DNA of 63,507 bases, counting the filler, from Nemertoderma westbladi (taxonomy: Eukaryota; Animalia; Xenacoelomorpha): assembly GCA_032718475.1 (NCBI GenBank). It is 3 parts of 3 records of this genome, joined end to end, with 100 filler letters (N's around TTAATTAATTAA, not from the genome) between each part and the next. Parts side by side here need not be neighbours in the genome. Positions count along the whole stretch, not along the records: positions 30,556 to 57,983 come from JAUCBJ010000515.1; 2 more parts are not named here. One strand, 5' to 3'. Numbering within the stretch: position 1 is the first letter of the stretch; each line of letters starts with the position of its first letter. A model generated the notes under the pieces. It was given only the letters and a program-made list of their open reading frames with translations. It did no database searches and was not told the origin of the DNA. This document shows, piece by piece, positions 37,001 through 47,824 of the stretch. The translations under genes and the position numbers were made by a program.

Positions 37001-39613
37001 AACTGAACAAGTCAACTTGCATTGTCAGCTGATGAGTTCCAGTCCAGTCCAGTTGTGTTGTCACTACTGACAAGCTGACTGATGCAAGTTAGCTGATGCA
37101 AGTTATCAGTCAGATGGTCCGGTACCGGCTGACCGGTTACTCAACTACCTGACTACAGACCTACATCCTGACGTATGTCAGTATGTAGTATGTACGTTGC
37201 TGCTGATAAGAGAACTGTACACGTACAGTGCAGCAGTGGTCCAGGCAGCCAGGTGGATGGGTCAGCGTCAGTGGGTGGTCTCTGCAGCTCTGGCTCTGGT
37301 CAGCTGGTGGTCACAGGCAGTCAGGTGGTTATCGGGTTATGGTTTGTGTTATGCTTTTATGGCAGTATGGGACAGTGGGGTGGGGTGGCATTCTGCATTC
37401 GCTGAATCGCGTGCCTGCATTCTGCATGCATTGATTGATGCTAATGATACTAATCTGCTAATACGGTAATAGACTACTGAACTAATACACTAATACTGTA
37501 ATAGTGTAATAAATAGTTGCACCTACTGTCTGAATTTAAGACTGTAGTCTGTACTGCTGTAAGCCTACTTTCACACTTTGTAGGCCTACAGGTTTATATA
37601 AATGTAACTAATATGACAATGAAACCTGATGGAGTCATTCTTTCAACATGTTCAAACAATTTTGTATCATAGTGTATCTATAAAATATAATCTTGACCAG
37701 TTGACCAAATGTCGCCCCATATACTGATATAATTTATCTAATCATTTACCAACCAGGCCAATCTAATCAATCAATATACAAATACAGAAATACTACAAAA
37801 ACCTAGCGAAATACTACAAAAACCTAGAGAAAACCTTCAAAAACCTGCAAAAACCTTCCAAAAACCTTCAAAAACCTTGCAAAAACCTAAAACCTAAAAA
37901 ATTTTCTGAAAAACCTATGGTTTTTGCCAGCCCTGACTCTGCGATGACACTATCATGGTTTGCCTTTCTTCTAAGGGATGAAGAGTAGAAGCCTGAAAGC
38001 GGTCATCTGTATCACCTACTGGCGACTGGCGAGAGTTTCCCGAGGATGTTTCCAGGTTTCGCACATCAAGGTAGCACATCAAGGTTGGGTCGTTGCAACC
38101 GTCAACTGTCAAGTACAGCAAATGAATTTCCCGCAGTACCAGCAACCTGTAGGCCTATACCGCGAGCACCTTCGACGCCACTTCAGCACGTCAAACTCCG
38201 TCTGTCGAAGAACGACAGATTAGGCCCAGGTTGGAATTTATGTAGAGTTTGCTCAACATGTGTGGCGCGCATTACGGATCCTGGCGCGGAGCAACAGGGT
38301 CGTGCTGTCGTGTGCGTGTGGCGCCCATTGCAGCATTGAGGATCCTGTCGCGCATATGGACAGATGTATGTCATGTAACAGTCAGGCAGTCAGGTCAGAC
38401 AGTAGCAATGCACTGGCAAGTGGCAACATATCCACTCTATTTGAAATTATATCAGTGTGTTTATAAAGAGTTAAAAATTTTCGCTCGCTTCGCTCGCGTT
38501 TGTAATTGTATCCTACTCATATCCATTATTTCAATTTCCCTATTGGGCCGTTAGGCTACTGTATCTGTTTATTAACCGACATGAGTCTGTGAGTTGTTTC
38601 AATTGTTAAACCAATATAAAACCACATTCTCATGCTCGCTACGCTCTCAATTTAATCCATAATTATATTCTATATTTAAAAACAGTTGCTTGGCCTAGGG
38701 GTACTATAAATGTTAAAATTTAGTAATTAATAAAATTTAGTATTTAAAATTGTTAGTGACATCTGTATTTAAAAACAGTTGGTTGACCTATGACCTACTA
38801 TCTGACTACTGGACTAGGCCTAATACAGTAATACTGTATTAATCTTAATATTTCTGCAAAATTTCTTTGCTCGCTACGCTCGTCTTTTAATATTTTAATA
38901 CTGTAGGTCTGCTGCAGTATAAACTGATAAATTATTACAATATAATACAACAGTACCTAATAATTGCAAAATTTCTTGGTGAATGGTTGGCGCGCATTGA
39001 ATGTCATGGCTGGCGCGCTTTTCGTTTTTACCAGAACCCGTGTGGCGCGCTTTTTGTCAATATTCCATATAGGCTGATAGGGATTAGCATTAGGCCTAGC
39101 TCATTGAAGTCGAAGTAGCTGGGTTTGTTGAACTTGATGCTGGGATCTACTCCCCTGGCTGCCTGGGTGTACAATCTGCCATGGACTGCAGAATCGAAGT
39201 CTGGATTTACCATGTGTCAGTCCTTGCTTCAGTAGTCCTTGGCCTCTAAGTCCCTAAGCATAAACAGATAGTGTAAACCCATACTGCCATAAGTTTGTGA
39301 GACAGGCTGACAGGGGGGGAAACTCGACGCAAAACCCGCCTTGGCGAATTAATATCCCGCCTCAATGTTAAATTCTCAATTTAGGGAAAGGAGCAGGTTA
39401 CAGTGGCACGATATTTTAACCAAAACAATAAACTAAACACAATAGAACAGGTTACAGTTTTATTTTTGAGAGTAATAATCTGTTATTTGCGTCCAATTTC
39501 CACTGGGGAGGGATGCATTTTTATTGCGTCCAGTTTCCCCCCCTATCTGAAGTTTGTGACCTGTATGCTGTACGTGACTGTATGAATGATGAACGGATAG
39601 TCAGATTAATGGA

Positions 39614-41218
39614 ATGGATGTACCGGTAACTCAAGAAACAGCTGTTACGGGAATTTCAATAGTCGACACGTCAACAAACTCAACAAACCACGACTTTGAA
39701 GAGGAAGAAATTACAGTTGAACTTCAACCTCAAGACATTTCATTTCGGAATGACGATGTTGATCATGCAGACGCTACAAAACTGCAGGAGGATAATGACG
39801 TGTTTACCGTAGAACAGGCGGTAGATCAAATTGGTTTTGGTCTGTTCCAATTAAAAATCTCGGTTGTAGCTGGTTTAGCTTGGACTGCGGACGCGATGGA
39901 AATGATGATTCTGAGTATTTTGGCCCCGGAGTTGCTTTGTAGATGGCAGCTGACACCGTGGAAGGAAGCTTGGATCACTACTGTTGTGTTCATTGGGATG
40001 ATGTCATCTTCATCATTATGGGGATATGTTTGCGACAAAAGTGGTCGTCGTGTTGGACTTTTACTAAGTTCTTTAGTTACTTTCTACTTTGGATTTTTAA
40101 GTTCTTTTTCGCCAAGTTTCTCTTGGGTATTGCTGTTACGTGGTCTTGTAGGGTTCGGAATAGGTGGGGCCCCTCAAGCCGTAACACTTTACGCTGAATT
40201 CCTTCCGAAGAAATCCCGAGCTCGTTGCATTGTTGCCATCGAAGTCTTCTGGGCGATAGGTGCGTGCCTCGCCACTGTAGTGGCGCTGTTAGTGATGCCA
40301 GAACTTGGATGGCAGTATTTGCTGGGAATCTGTTCAATACCTATTGGTTTATTCTCCATCTTGTGTTTATGGCTTCCGGAAAGCCCAAGGTTTGATATCC
40401 TATCCGGAAGAAGAGAACGAGCAATCGCTACACTCGAACGCATAGCTAAAGATAACAGAAAGCCGATGCCACTTGGTACATTAGTGTACATCCCCGAGAC
40501 AAGTAGAGGACGAATGTGGGATTTGTTTTCACAGGAATATCTGCGAACCTCGGTGCTGCTGTGCTTCATTTGGACAGCGTCGACATTTTGTTACTACGGG
40601 ATCGTCCTTTTAACATCAGAACTTTTTCAGTTGGAAGAAAACAAATGCTTAACAGAAAGTAGCCTAGGAGGCCGAAATACGTTGTCATGTTATGCTGAGT
40701 GCCATTTACTGGACACGCGAGATTACATTGATATATTGTGGACATCCCTTGCAGAGTTTCCTGGGTTAATTTTAACTTTTCTGATAATTGAACCTATAGG
40801 ACGGAAGCCAACTATCGCCACGGAGGTTGCACTATTTGGGGTGTTTGTGCTGTTTATACTTATCTGCGCCCATCGCCCAGTGACTGTAGTGCTACTATTT
40901 TGTGCTCGGGCTTTGATATCCGGTAGTTTCCAAGCCGTCTATGTTTACACTCCCGAGGTTTACCCAACAACTATTCGAGGTCTCGCGGTCGGGTTGTGTT
41001 CGGGAGCTGGCCGATTGGGGGCGATCATCACTCCTTTTGTCGCCCAAGTTGCTTTGCAAAAGAGTATCTATTTAACCGTCGGAATATATGCTGGAGTGGC
41101 GTTCACGGCTGCTATAGCTGCTTGTTGTCTTCCGTTTGAAACAAAGGGAAGACATATGCCAGATGCCAGAGTAACAAAAACACCAGTCACAATACGAAAT
41201 GATGATATCATTCTATAA
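39614..41218 (+). CDS. SVOP: SV2-related protein (SVOP)-like MFS transporter, 534 aa, intronless CDS
   Basis: FTVEQAVDQIGFGLFQ..ADAMEMMILSILAP, DKSGRR, PESPR, EPIGRK, YTPEVYPT, PFETKGR; about 12 hydrophobic segments. Confidence 0.92.
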   Translation: MDVPVTQETAVTGISIVDTSTNSTNHDFEEEEITVELQPQDISFRNDDVDHADATKLQEDNDVFTVEQAVDQIGFGLFQLKISVVAGLAWTADAMEMMILSILAPELLCRWQLTPWKEAWITTVVFIGMMSSSSLWGYVCDKSGRRVGLLLSSLVTFYFGFLSSFSPSFSWVLLLRGLVGFGIGGAPQAVTLYAEFLPKKSRARCIVAIEVFWAIGACLATVVALLVMPELGWQYLLGICSIPIGLFSILCLWLPESPRFDILSGRRERAIATLERIAKDNRKPMPLGTLVYIPETSRGRMWDLFSQEYLRTSVLLCFIWTASTFCYYGIVLLTSELFQLEENKCLTESSLGGRNTLSCYAECHLLDTRDYIDILWTSLAEFPGLILTFLIIEPIGRKPTIATEVALFGVFVLFILICAHRPVTVVLLFCARALISGSFQAVYVYTPEVYPTTIRGLAVGLCSGAGRLGAIITPFVAQVALQKSIYLTVGIYAGVAFTAAIAACCLPFETKGRHMPDARVTKTPVTIRNDDIIL

Positions 41219-42999
41219 TAATGTGCTAACATCGAATATTATTATGTATTTATATAGTCAGTCATCCACCCACATTTAATTTTAATGTCTACCCTTCTTA
41301 CATTAACCTTAAACTAATCAATATCCCTTACACCCTTAATTACAGTATGTGTAAATATTTAGCACCAATATCATTATGAACGTGATAAACTGAAACTGTT
41401 AGATATTCAGGATAATCCTATCATATTCATGTACCGATGCGAAAATAACAAGTGGAAATAAATATCAACAGGCCTAGATGCATTATATTATTATTAATGC
41501 CACATATATACGTATAGCAATAATCAAACGTTCTTAAAATAGCTGTAAAGAAATCAAACATTATATATTTGTAATCAATTACTTTAACAATAATTTATCA
41601 CTGTTTTTGTTTATACGAATCGGTTTCAATTCATCACTTTGTAATAAAATCGTTGTGAGATATTTTTTCCCCTGTCGTAAGTTGTCATCATTTCTCCTTT
41701 AATTGTTTTAAATGTTCTGCTGTAAATATGTTTCGTTTATTTATTATAATGTATGAAAAATTGTTTGGTGTTTCTTATCTTTTTACATTTTTCTGATTTT
41801 GTATTTTCAATATTAAATATATTTTAATAGCGTGTGAAATTTAAAATATTTTTCGATTTCAAATCATACGGAATTAATGTTCGGTGTTTAACTCTGACTC
41901 TTAGATTGAAAATGAACAATAATAATTACAACAATAGTCTTCAGCGCTTCCAGTGGTTACTTTTCTCCACTTTTTTGGGGGGCCTTTTTCTCGGGTTTCT
42001 CCCTTTTTTCTAATTAAATCTCCTTCAGCCACTTTCGACCGGGTCTATTATTATGCTATTAAATGGTTTAGTCCGCGGAACTTCTGAATGTAGACATTCC
42101 AACATTACAGTGCTTTTATTGCTGTAATGTGTAATGCCACTTGCTAATTGCTTGCAGTACATCTTTGTGGCTCTGCCAATGGTATGATAGTTGCAAAGGC
42201 ATCACAGCAAACCTCTCTGCGTCTCGGGTCAACTTTGTGTCTGAATTTTATGGTACCTTTTCAGCCTTTTTTCAGGAATAATGTGGTTCCTTTTTCGCAA
42301 AATTTGCTGGTGGGTGTCCTGCGTGTTGAAACATCATATTAATCGGTGTACGTGGAGCGAGCCACAAAGTTAGCGCGTTGTGTATAGAAGTACACCTGTT
42401 ACAACCGCAGTCTTCCTGTCGGTTTGTCTGTCTAATATATTTGAATGTTAATTTAAAATCAACTCTCGGTTTTCTGTAACTAAATCTTGGTTGAATTGAT
42501 TATGAAAAGTTTAGAAACTTTACAAACGGACAGATATTCAGTTACTCCGTCGGCCGTCATTCTGATGGTTCTAAAATCGAACAACCGCTGTAAATGAGGT
42601 TTGTAACTCAGTGTAAACCCCAATAAAGGGGTCAGAGACCCACACCTTCAGCATCGAACTCTAGGGGAGTTCAATATTTAAAATATAAAAGGATAAAGAC
42701 TAAATAAGGAACTTGGTGCATACGGCCATACGGGTTTATAATGTTCTCCTAAAAAACTATAGTTACATTTCAACCTTACTTAAGATTCAGATGTGTGTCA
42801 CGCGAAAATTACGCGTCACCTTCCCACGCCCACACAACTAAAACAAATCCGTTTAATCATTAATACTGTAATTAATAATAAATATAAACAACACGTCTTT
42901 TTTATATGAATGAATTTGTTTTATTACATTAATAAATTTTTATCAGGCCCATGTGAAGTATACCAGACTTTCTGCCGTTATATTTCACTTTGCAGTTAC

Positions 43000-43192
43000 C
43001 GCCATGAGAAGAATACCAGGTTTTCACCAAAAACACAGGTTACAGAAGGGCTGAATCTAACCAAAACAGTAAACAAGTTAGTATGTACTGTACAGGTCAT
43101 AAGACAGAAATAAGTGTTATAAAACACTTCATATATAAAATTCCTATTAAAAAGTCGACTTAAAGTTAAATCCTGGTATTCTTCACATGGCG
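43000..43192. mobile_element. ~200-bp MITE family, copy B
   Basis: TIR CGCCATGAGAAGAATACCAGG / CCTGGTATTCTTCACATGGCG; interior similar to 30074-30278. Confidence 0.7.
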
Positions 43193-44022
43193 TTTAATCA
43201 TGTCATTTCAGGTTACATTAATTTAACTCCATATTGAATTTAATTAATTAAGAATGAATGAATTAAAAACTTATGTTAAATTAATGAATTAAAAACTGAA
43301 TTAAGATAATGTTATTCTAGGACATCTTCTTATCTGGACTTCATTGTACAAATTCAGCCAATCGAAATTCAATACAGAGATAACTCTGGCCAATAAAATG
43401 GGGTTAAATGTTAAAAGGCAGAATGTAGATTGGAAGTTATTATAAATATAATGAATTCCACGTTCAGAGAGAATTTATGTTTGGCGGTTATACTTATGGA
43501 CGCTTCTCTTTATGTTTGGCGGTTATACTTATGGACGCTTCTCTTTATGTTGAATATTTACTGAGTCTTTAACCTTGGGAGAGAGGCTCCCGCGCTTCCT
43601 TACAGGGAACAACCAAGAGAGAGGGGCCTTCGTTTTGATTCCGGTGTTTCAGTTTCATCCGCCAACGTTACAATATGTGGCCTGTGAGCTTGCATGCTGT
43701 AGGCCTGCCTACATGGCTGACAATATGTAAGGCAGTACCAACCAACTACCAAGCCACTAACGCAAATGCCAGGTATTCTAAACGTCAAAATAATATAACC
43801 TATGAACACTTTGTAACGGCGCCGCCAAACTGAAAGTACATTAAGTTCAGGCGCTGTATCCAATCTGCGCATCCACACTGGACAATAAACACCCAGAAAA
43901 CTGAAAGCATTTAGTCCTATTCTCTTTTCTTAACTAAAATATACAATTAATTCATTATTTATAATTCTCTATACGTTTATTTATTTTACTTAACTCTATA
44001 AAATGATTTAGCACCGAGCGCT

Positions 44023-45870
44023 ATGGCTCAAATTCGATGGATTGTAGAACTTATAATATTTAGTCTAATAAGTACCTTATATTCGCCAATAGTTTCCCAA
44101 ATAGAACTTGACGTAACAAGACGTGATTATGGTACTGACTACGGTATTGGACATTTTGTTTATCGTAAAACAAACCCCGTTTCTATCAACCATAATAGCG
44201 CCTGGTCTCTATGTGAAGGACAACCAGAATCATCCTGCAAAGGTAGATGTGGAAACAATTATTGTAACCAATCAAATGTCCCTATTGTACCTTATTGCTA
44301 CTGCACCCCAGATTGTAAGTCTTACGGTTCGTGTTGCTATGACTACGTAACCGAGTGCGAATCCAACATAATGAATATATTGGAATATTTACAACAACCT
44401 AGAAAATCTGTTTGTTTACCTGTATCCAATGGCAACGCGACTTGGGGTTGGTGGTTCGTCGCCAGTTGTCCCGCACAGAGCGATGAATCGATAAGGATAG
44501 AATGCAGAGAAAACGACGTAACGACGAGGTATCTTTCGACAGCAACGGGTATCCTATACGCGAACTTACATTGCGCCATGTGTAACGGGGAGAAGGAATC
44601 CGATCTGGAAATATTGTCTACCGAGTTAGTGTGCAACCTATCGGAAGGACGAGGAGATGAGTCTACTCGGAGGTGCAATGACGTCATCAGTTATTCCGAT
44701 ATCGGAGAGGTAGTTGCGCACAATTGTATACTTGGTGCCGAGCGTTGCTTAGAAACAACCGGCTTCATTAATATTTGCGATATTTATTACATGCCGGTAG
44801 CGATAGACGGGAAACTCTATGACAACCCCCACTGCTACTTGTGTTCCGGGAAGAAAAAGCGAGCCGAACTTGTGGAATGTTTAGCAGATATGTTGGTAAC
44901 TGTCGATGTAGGTAATTGCGGTTCGAAAGATGAACTGATTATTCAGCCAACTATATTTTATATTGGCGAAATATTTGATTCAAATACCGATAACCGTTTG
45001 GACTCAAAGACAAATTTTTCATCAAACATTCCGGAAATACTACTTAACAAAATCATCGTGGAATATGTTACCTACATAACTATTTCTGTGTCCATCGCGT
45101 GTCTCATAATGACTCTAATAACATTTAAAATGTTCCCGTCTCTTGTAACCCAAACAACCCGTCTGATTATCAATCTTGTTGTCGCTTTATTGCTCGGCCA
45201 AATATTAACCATTGTATCACTCCTTGTTCCAAGTTACCCAATTAGTTGTCAGCTTGTCGCTATTCTAGAACATTATTTGTGGCTTTCCGTGTTCAGCTGG
45301 ATGGCAACTGTTGCTATAGATACAATGAGTACCATAGTGGTCAAACAAACATCGAAAGCGGCGACCCGTAAAGGAACGCGAAACGCATTAATACAAAAAA
45401 GCGTGTGTGTGTGGCTGTTACCAGCGCTGTTTGTTGTACCGGGTGTTGTGCTCAGCAATGGACCTTGGGATTGGGCCGCCGCTTTCCAGTACGACTTAAA
45501 CCTCTGTTGGTTAGGTAAATCCACTTTACTTTATTTCCTTTACATCCCTTTCGTTCTAGCAATGCTCATAATTGTTTTTTGTCTGATCTTGATTGTCCGT
45601 GAAATTTTAATAACGACTGCGGCCACGAAAAACGTTTCCAAAATAACTAATAAAGACAGGATATATATTGTTCTGAAACTTTCCGTTATGGTTGGACTCA
45701 CTTGGGTTTTAAGTATACTTGCGCCGTTTATTGATGGAGCTGGACCTATTCTATCTGTAGCGGCCAATGGGTTACAAGGATTATATATTTTTCTCGTATT
45801 CGTGGCGACCAAAAAACCACGTAGACTGTGGGCGGAGAAGCTACGTTTATGGGCCACTTTGAAGAAATAA
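44023..45870 (+). CDS. class B-like (adhesion/Methuselah-like) GPCR with somatomedin-B domain, 615 aa, intronless CDS
   Basis: Signal peptide; SCKGRCG..CYCTPDCKSYGSCCYDY SMB motif; YANLHCAMCN and YDNPHCYLC Cys modules; 7TM with CQLVAILEHYLWLSVFSWM, GLTW and NGLQGLYIF. Confidence 0.88.
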   Translation: MAQIRWIVELIIFSLISTLYSPIVSQIELDVTRRDYGTDYGIGHFVYRKTNPVSINHNSAWSLCEGQPESSCKGRCGNNYCNQSNVPIVPYCYCTPDCKSYGSCCYDYVTECESNIMNILEYLQQPRKSVCLPVSNGNATWGWWFVASCPAQSDESIRIECRENDVTTRYLSTATGILYANLHCAMCNGEKESDLEILSTELVCNLSEGRGDESTRRCNDVISYSDIGEVVAHNCILGAERCLETTGFINICDIYYMPVAIDGKLYDNPHCYLCSGKKKRAELVECLADMLVTVDVGNCGSKDELIIQPTIFYIGEIFDSNTDNRLDSKTNFSSNIPEILLNKIIVEYVTYITISVSIACLIMTLITFKMFPSLVTQTTRLIINLVVALLLGQILTIVSLLVPSYPISCQLVAILEHYLWLSVFSWMATVAIDTMSTIVVKQTSKAATRKGTRNALIQKSVCVWLLPALFVVPGVVLSNGPWDWAAAFQYDLNLCWLGKSTLLYFLYIPFVLAMLIIVFCLILIVREILITTAATKNVSKITNKDRIYIVLKLSVMVGLTWVLSILAPFIDGAGPILSVAANGLQGLYIFLVFVATKKPRRLWAEKLRLWATLKK

Positions 45871-46226
45871 CCGCCAACTGTTAAATCAACTTTACCCTGT
45901 TTGTTGTTAAATTCATACAATTCGTTCAATGGAGGTACCAATGTGTCTAATTGAATGGCATCGACCTACGTTAATAAATGTCGGATAGTCTACCTACAGT
46001 ACATAACTTCCAAATGGAAGGGCAATGTGATGAAAGTACGGTATGATACGTACATCCAAGCCCTGCGTTATCCCGCCGGTTACTGTTTAATGTAGTTAAT
46101 GGTGAATGTTATATTATATACACTATATAGGCCACGTATAGGCCTATCATATACAGTAATATTATGTTTTATGTGTTATGTATTGATTGGTATTTATTAT
46201 ATTTCTAACGGTTATTGCATGAATGT

Positions 46227-46832
46227 TGTGACGGGATCAGTGGGATCCCGACCGGGTTTGTAGACTACGCGTCACCGTTTGGTTGTGAAATAAAGTTTGT
46301 TGTTATTATCGTCTTGATGTTCGTATTGATAATTGAATAAACACGGTAATAGGATAATATAACAGCACAGTTGATAGATTGACGGAATAACCGTGTACCG
46401 GTAATAGGATAATATATGTGATGTGTGGTGACGGTGACGGTGAAAAACATCACCGGTCTGCACTGAACTGAATGACTGAGTAAACTGATTAACTGACCGG
46501 TAATAGGATAATATATGTATTCATTCCTACATTACTTTGGCCTTTGTCCAGTGGATACTTTTCCCCGCTCCCATTGGTTGATGACCTACTTCACGCCTCT
46601 CACCTCTGTGGGAGTGCTCCCCCCCCCCCCCCCCCCCGCTGTTGGTTATCTGCCCTCTCGAGGTGGTTTGACCTCTAACCTCCCTTTGTGTGGGTTTTGG
46701 GGTGTATGTTATCCCCGTTATTGGGTGTGATACGAGATTGGTTGTTATCAATCTCGTATCTCCAATATTGCTGAAAAAGGCGCCACTTCCCAACTTTATG
46801 GGGGTAATGAGGCGGAATTGAATCCGCTCACA
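46227..46832 (-). repeat. putative 3' LTR of the BEL element (606 bp)
   Basis: Minus strand starts TGTGA directly after the PPT GGGGGGGAG (46833-46841) and ends TCACA; three internal GGTAATAGGATAATATA repeats; partner LTR not in this contig. Confidence 0.65.
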
Positions 46833-47824
46833 CTCCCCCCCATGCTATCTTCCCGGTGAGAAGATAGCATCACCTTTGAGTGCGCTTCAATTCCGCTGGA
46901 ACCCGATCTACTATCGGGTGTGGGGTGGAGTTATTTTACTTGGAGTCGGCTTTCCAGGCCGCTCCCTCTGGGTATGATATTACTACCCCCTCTTGGTGCA
47001 ACTCCAACCTATGTTGCACCAAGACATCTGGTGTCTCGGTTCGAGACAACTGTGGACTCCTCTCTCACAATTTTAAATCTCCACTCCACTCTAAACTGAC
47101 TCTAACTTCTCTCTACTTTCACTCTAACTCCACTCCACTTTCGGACCTCTTTGTCCCCCACTCTGCCTCTTACTCCTCCCCCCCCCCCCCCCCCCCCCAC
47201 ATTTGAATCGCACCCGTACTCTCTTCACACGCCTGAACACCACCTCTCACTATCTCCCCTGCGTTCTATACTCAACCCTTACTCGTTCCGCTCCACTTAC
47301 TCCTGACGAACCTCACCCTCCCCTTTCGCGCCGTCGCACTCAAGAAGTGTGAGTCGTCTAGTGTCTCGTCCTGTCACAGTCAATTGGTCCCCAGTCCCAG
47401 TAGCTAGTTGGAAAAAGGTTGCATGACTATACTACTTACTTTGATTATATTGGATATTGATTATATGATTATATTCTATTGATTATTACATACGTACATA
47501 CTAATTGCACTTTTATTAAATTTGCACTTATGAGTTCGTATTACTTCGCATGTGGTGCCTTCCAGGCATCCCCACATCTCCCCCTCCAAGTTCTAGTTCG
47601 CTCCTCCTGTCTTTGGGAACCATCTCAGTTCCTTCCCTTTGTCGTCATCCTGTCTCGGTCGCTTCCTGGTTGTTGCCGCTCCCTTGTTCTTGTCCTCCTT
47701 AATGTTCCTCATCCTTGCCGTTACTTCCCTACTGATTCCCGTTGTCGATTCCTTGGGCGCTGGTGTTATTAGCTCCCGGTATCGCTTCGCAGGTGGCCCC
47801 TCCGAATGCCCCTGCCGCTTCCCC

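Larger units (their letters stand above)
34348..37935. mobile_element. non-autonomous hAT-type element (3588 bp) with nested insertions
   Basis: 13-bp TIR CAGGGCTGGCAAA / TTTGCCAGCCCTG; perfect 8-bp TSD ACTCTGCG (34340-34347, 37936-37943); subterminal AAAACCT/AGGTTTT arrays at both ends. Confidence 0.9.

Noticed and set aside
37944-39070. Possible decayed hAT transposase (CAPHML, FDVLKW on the minus strand) and GCTCGCT(A/T)CGCTC motifs
   Set aside because: Motifs too short and frames too broken to support a call
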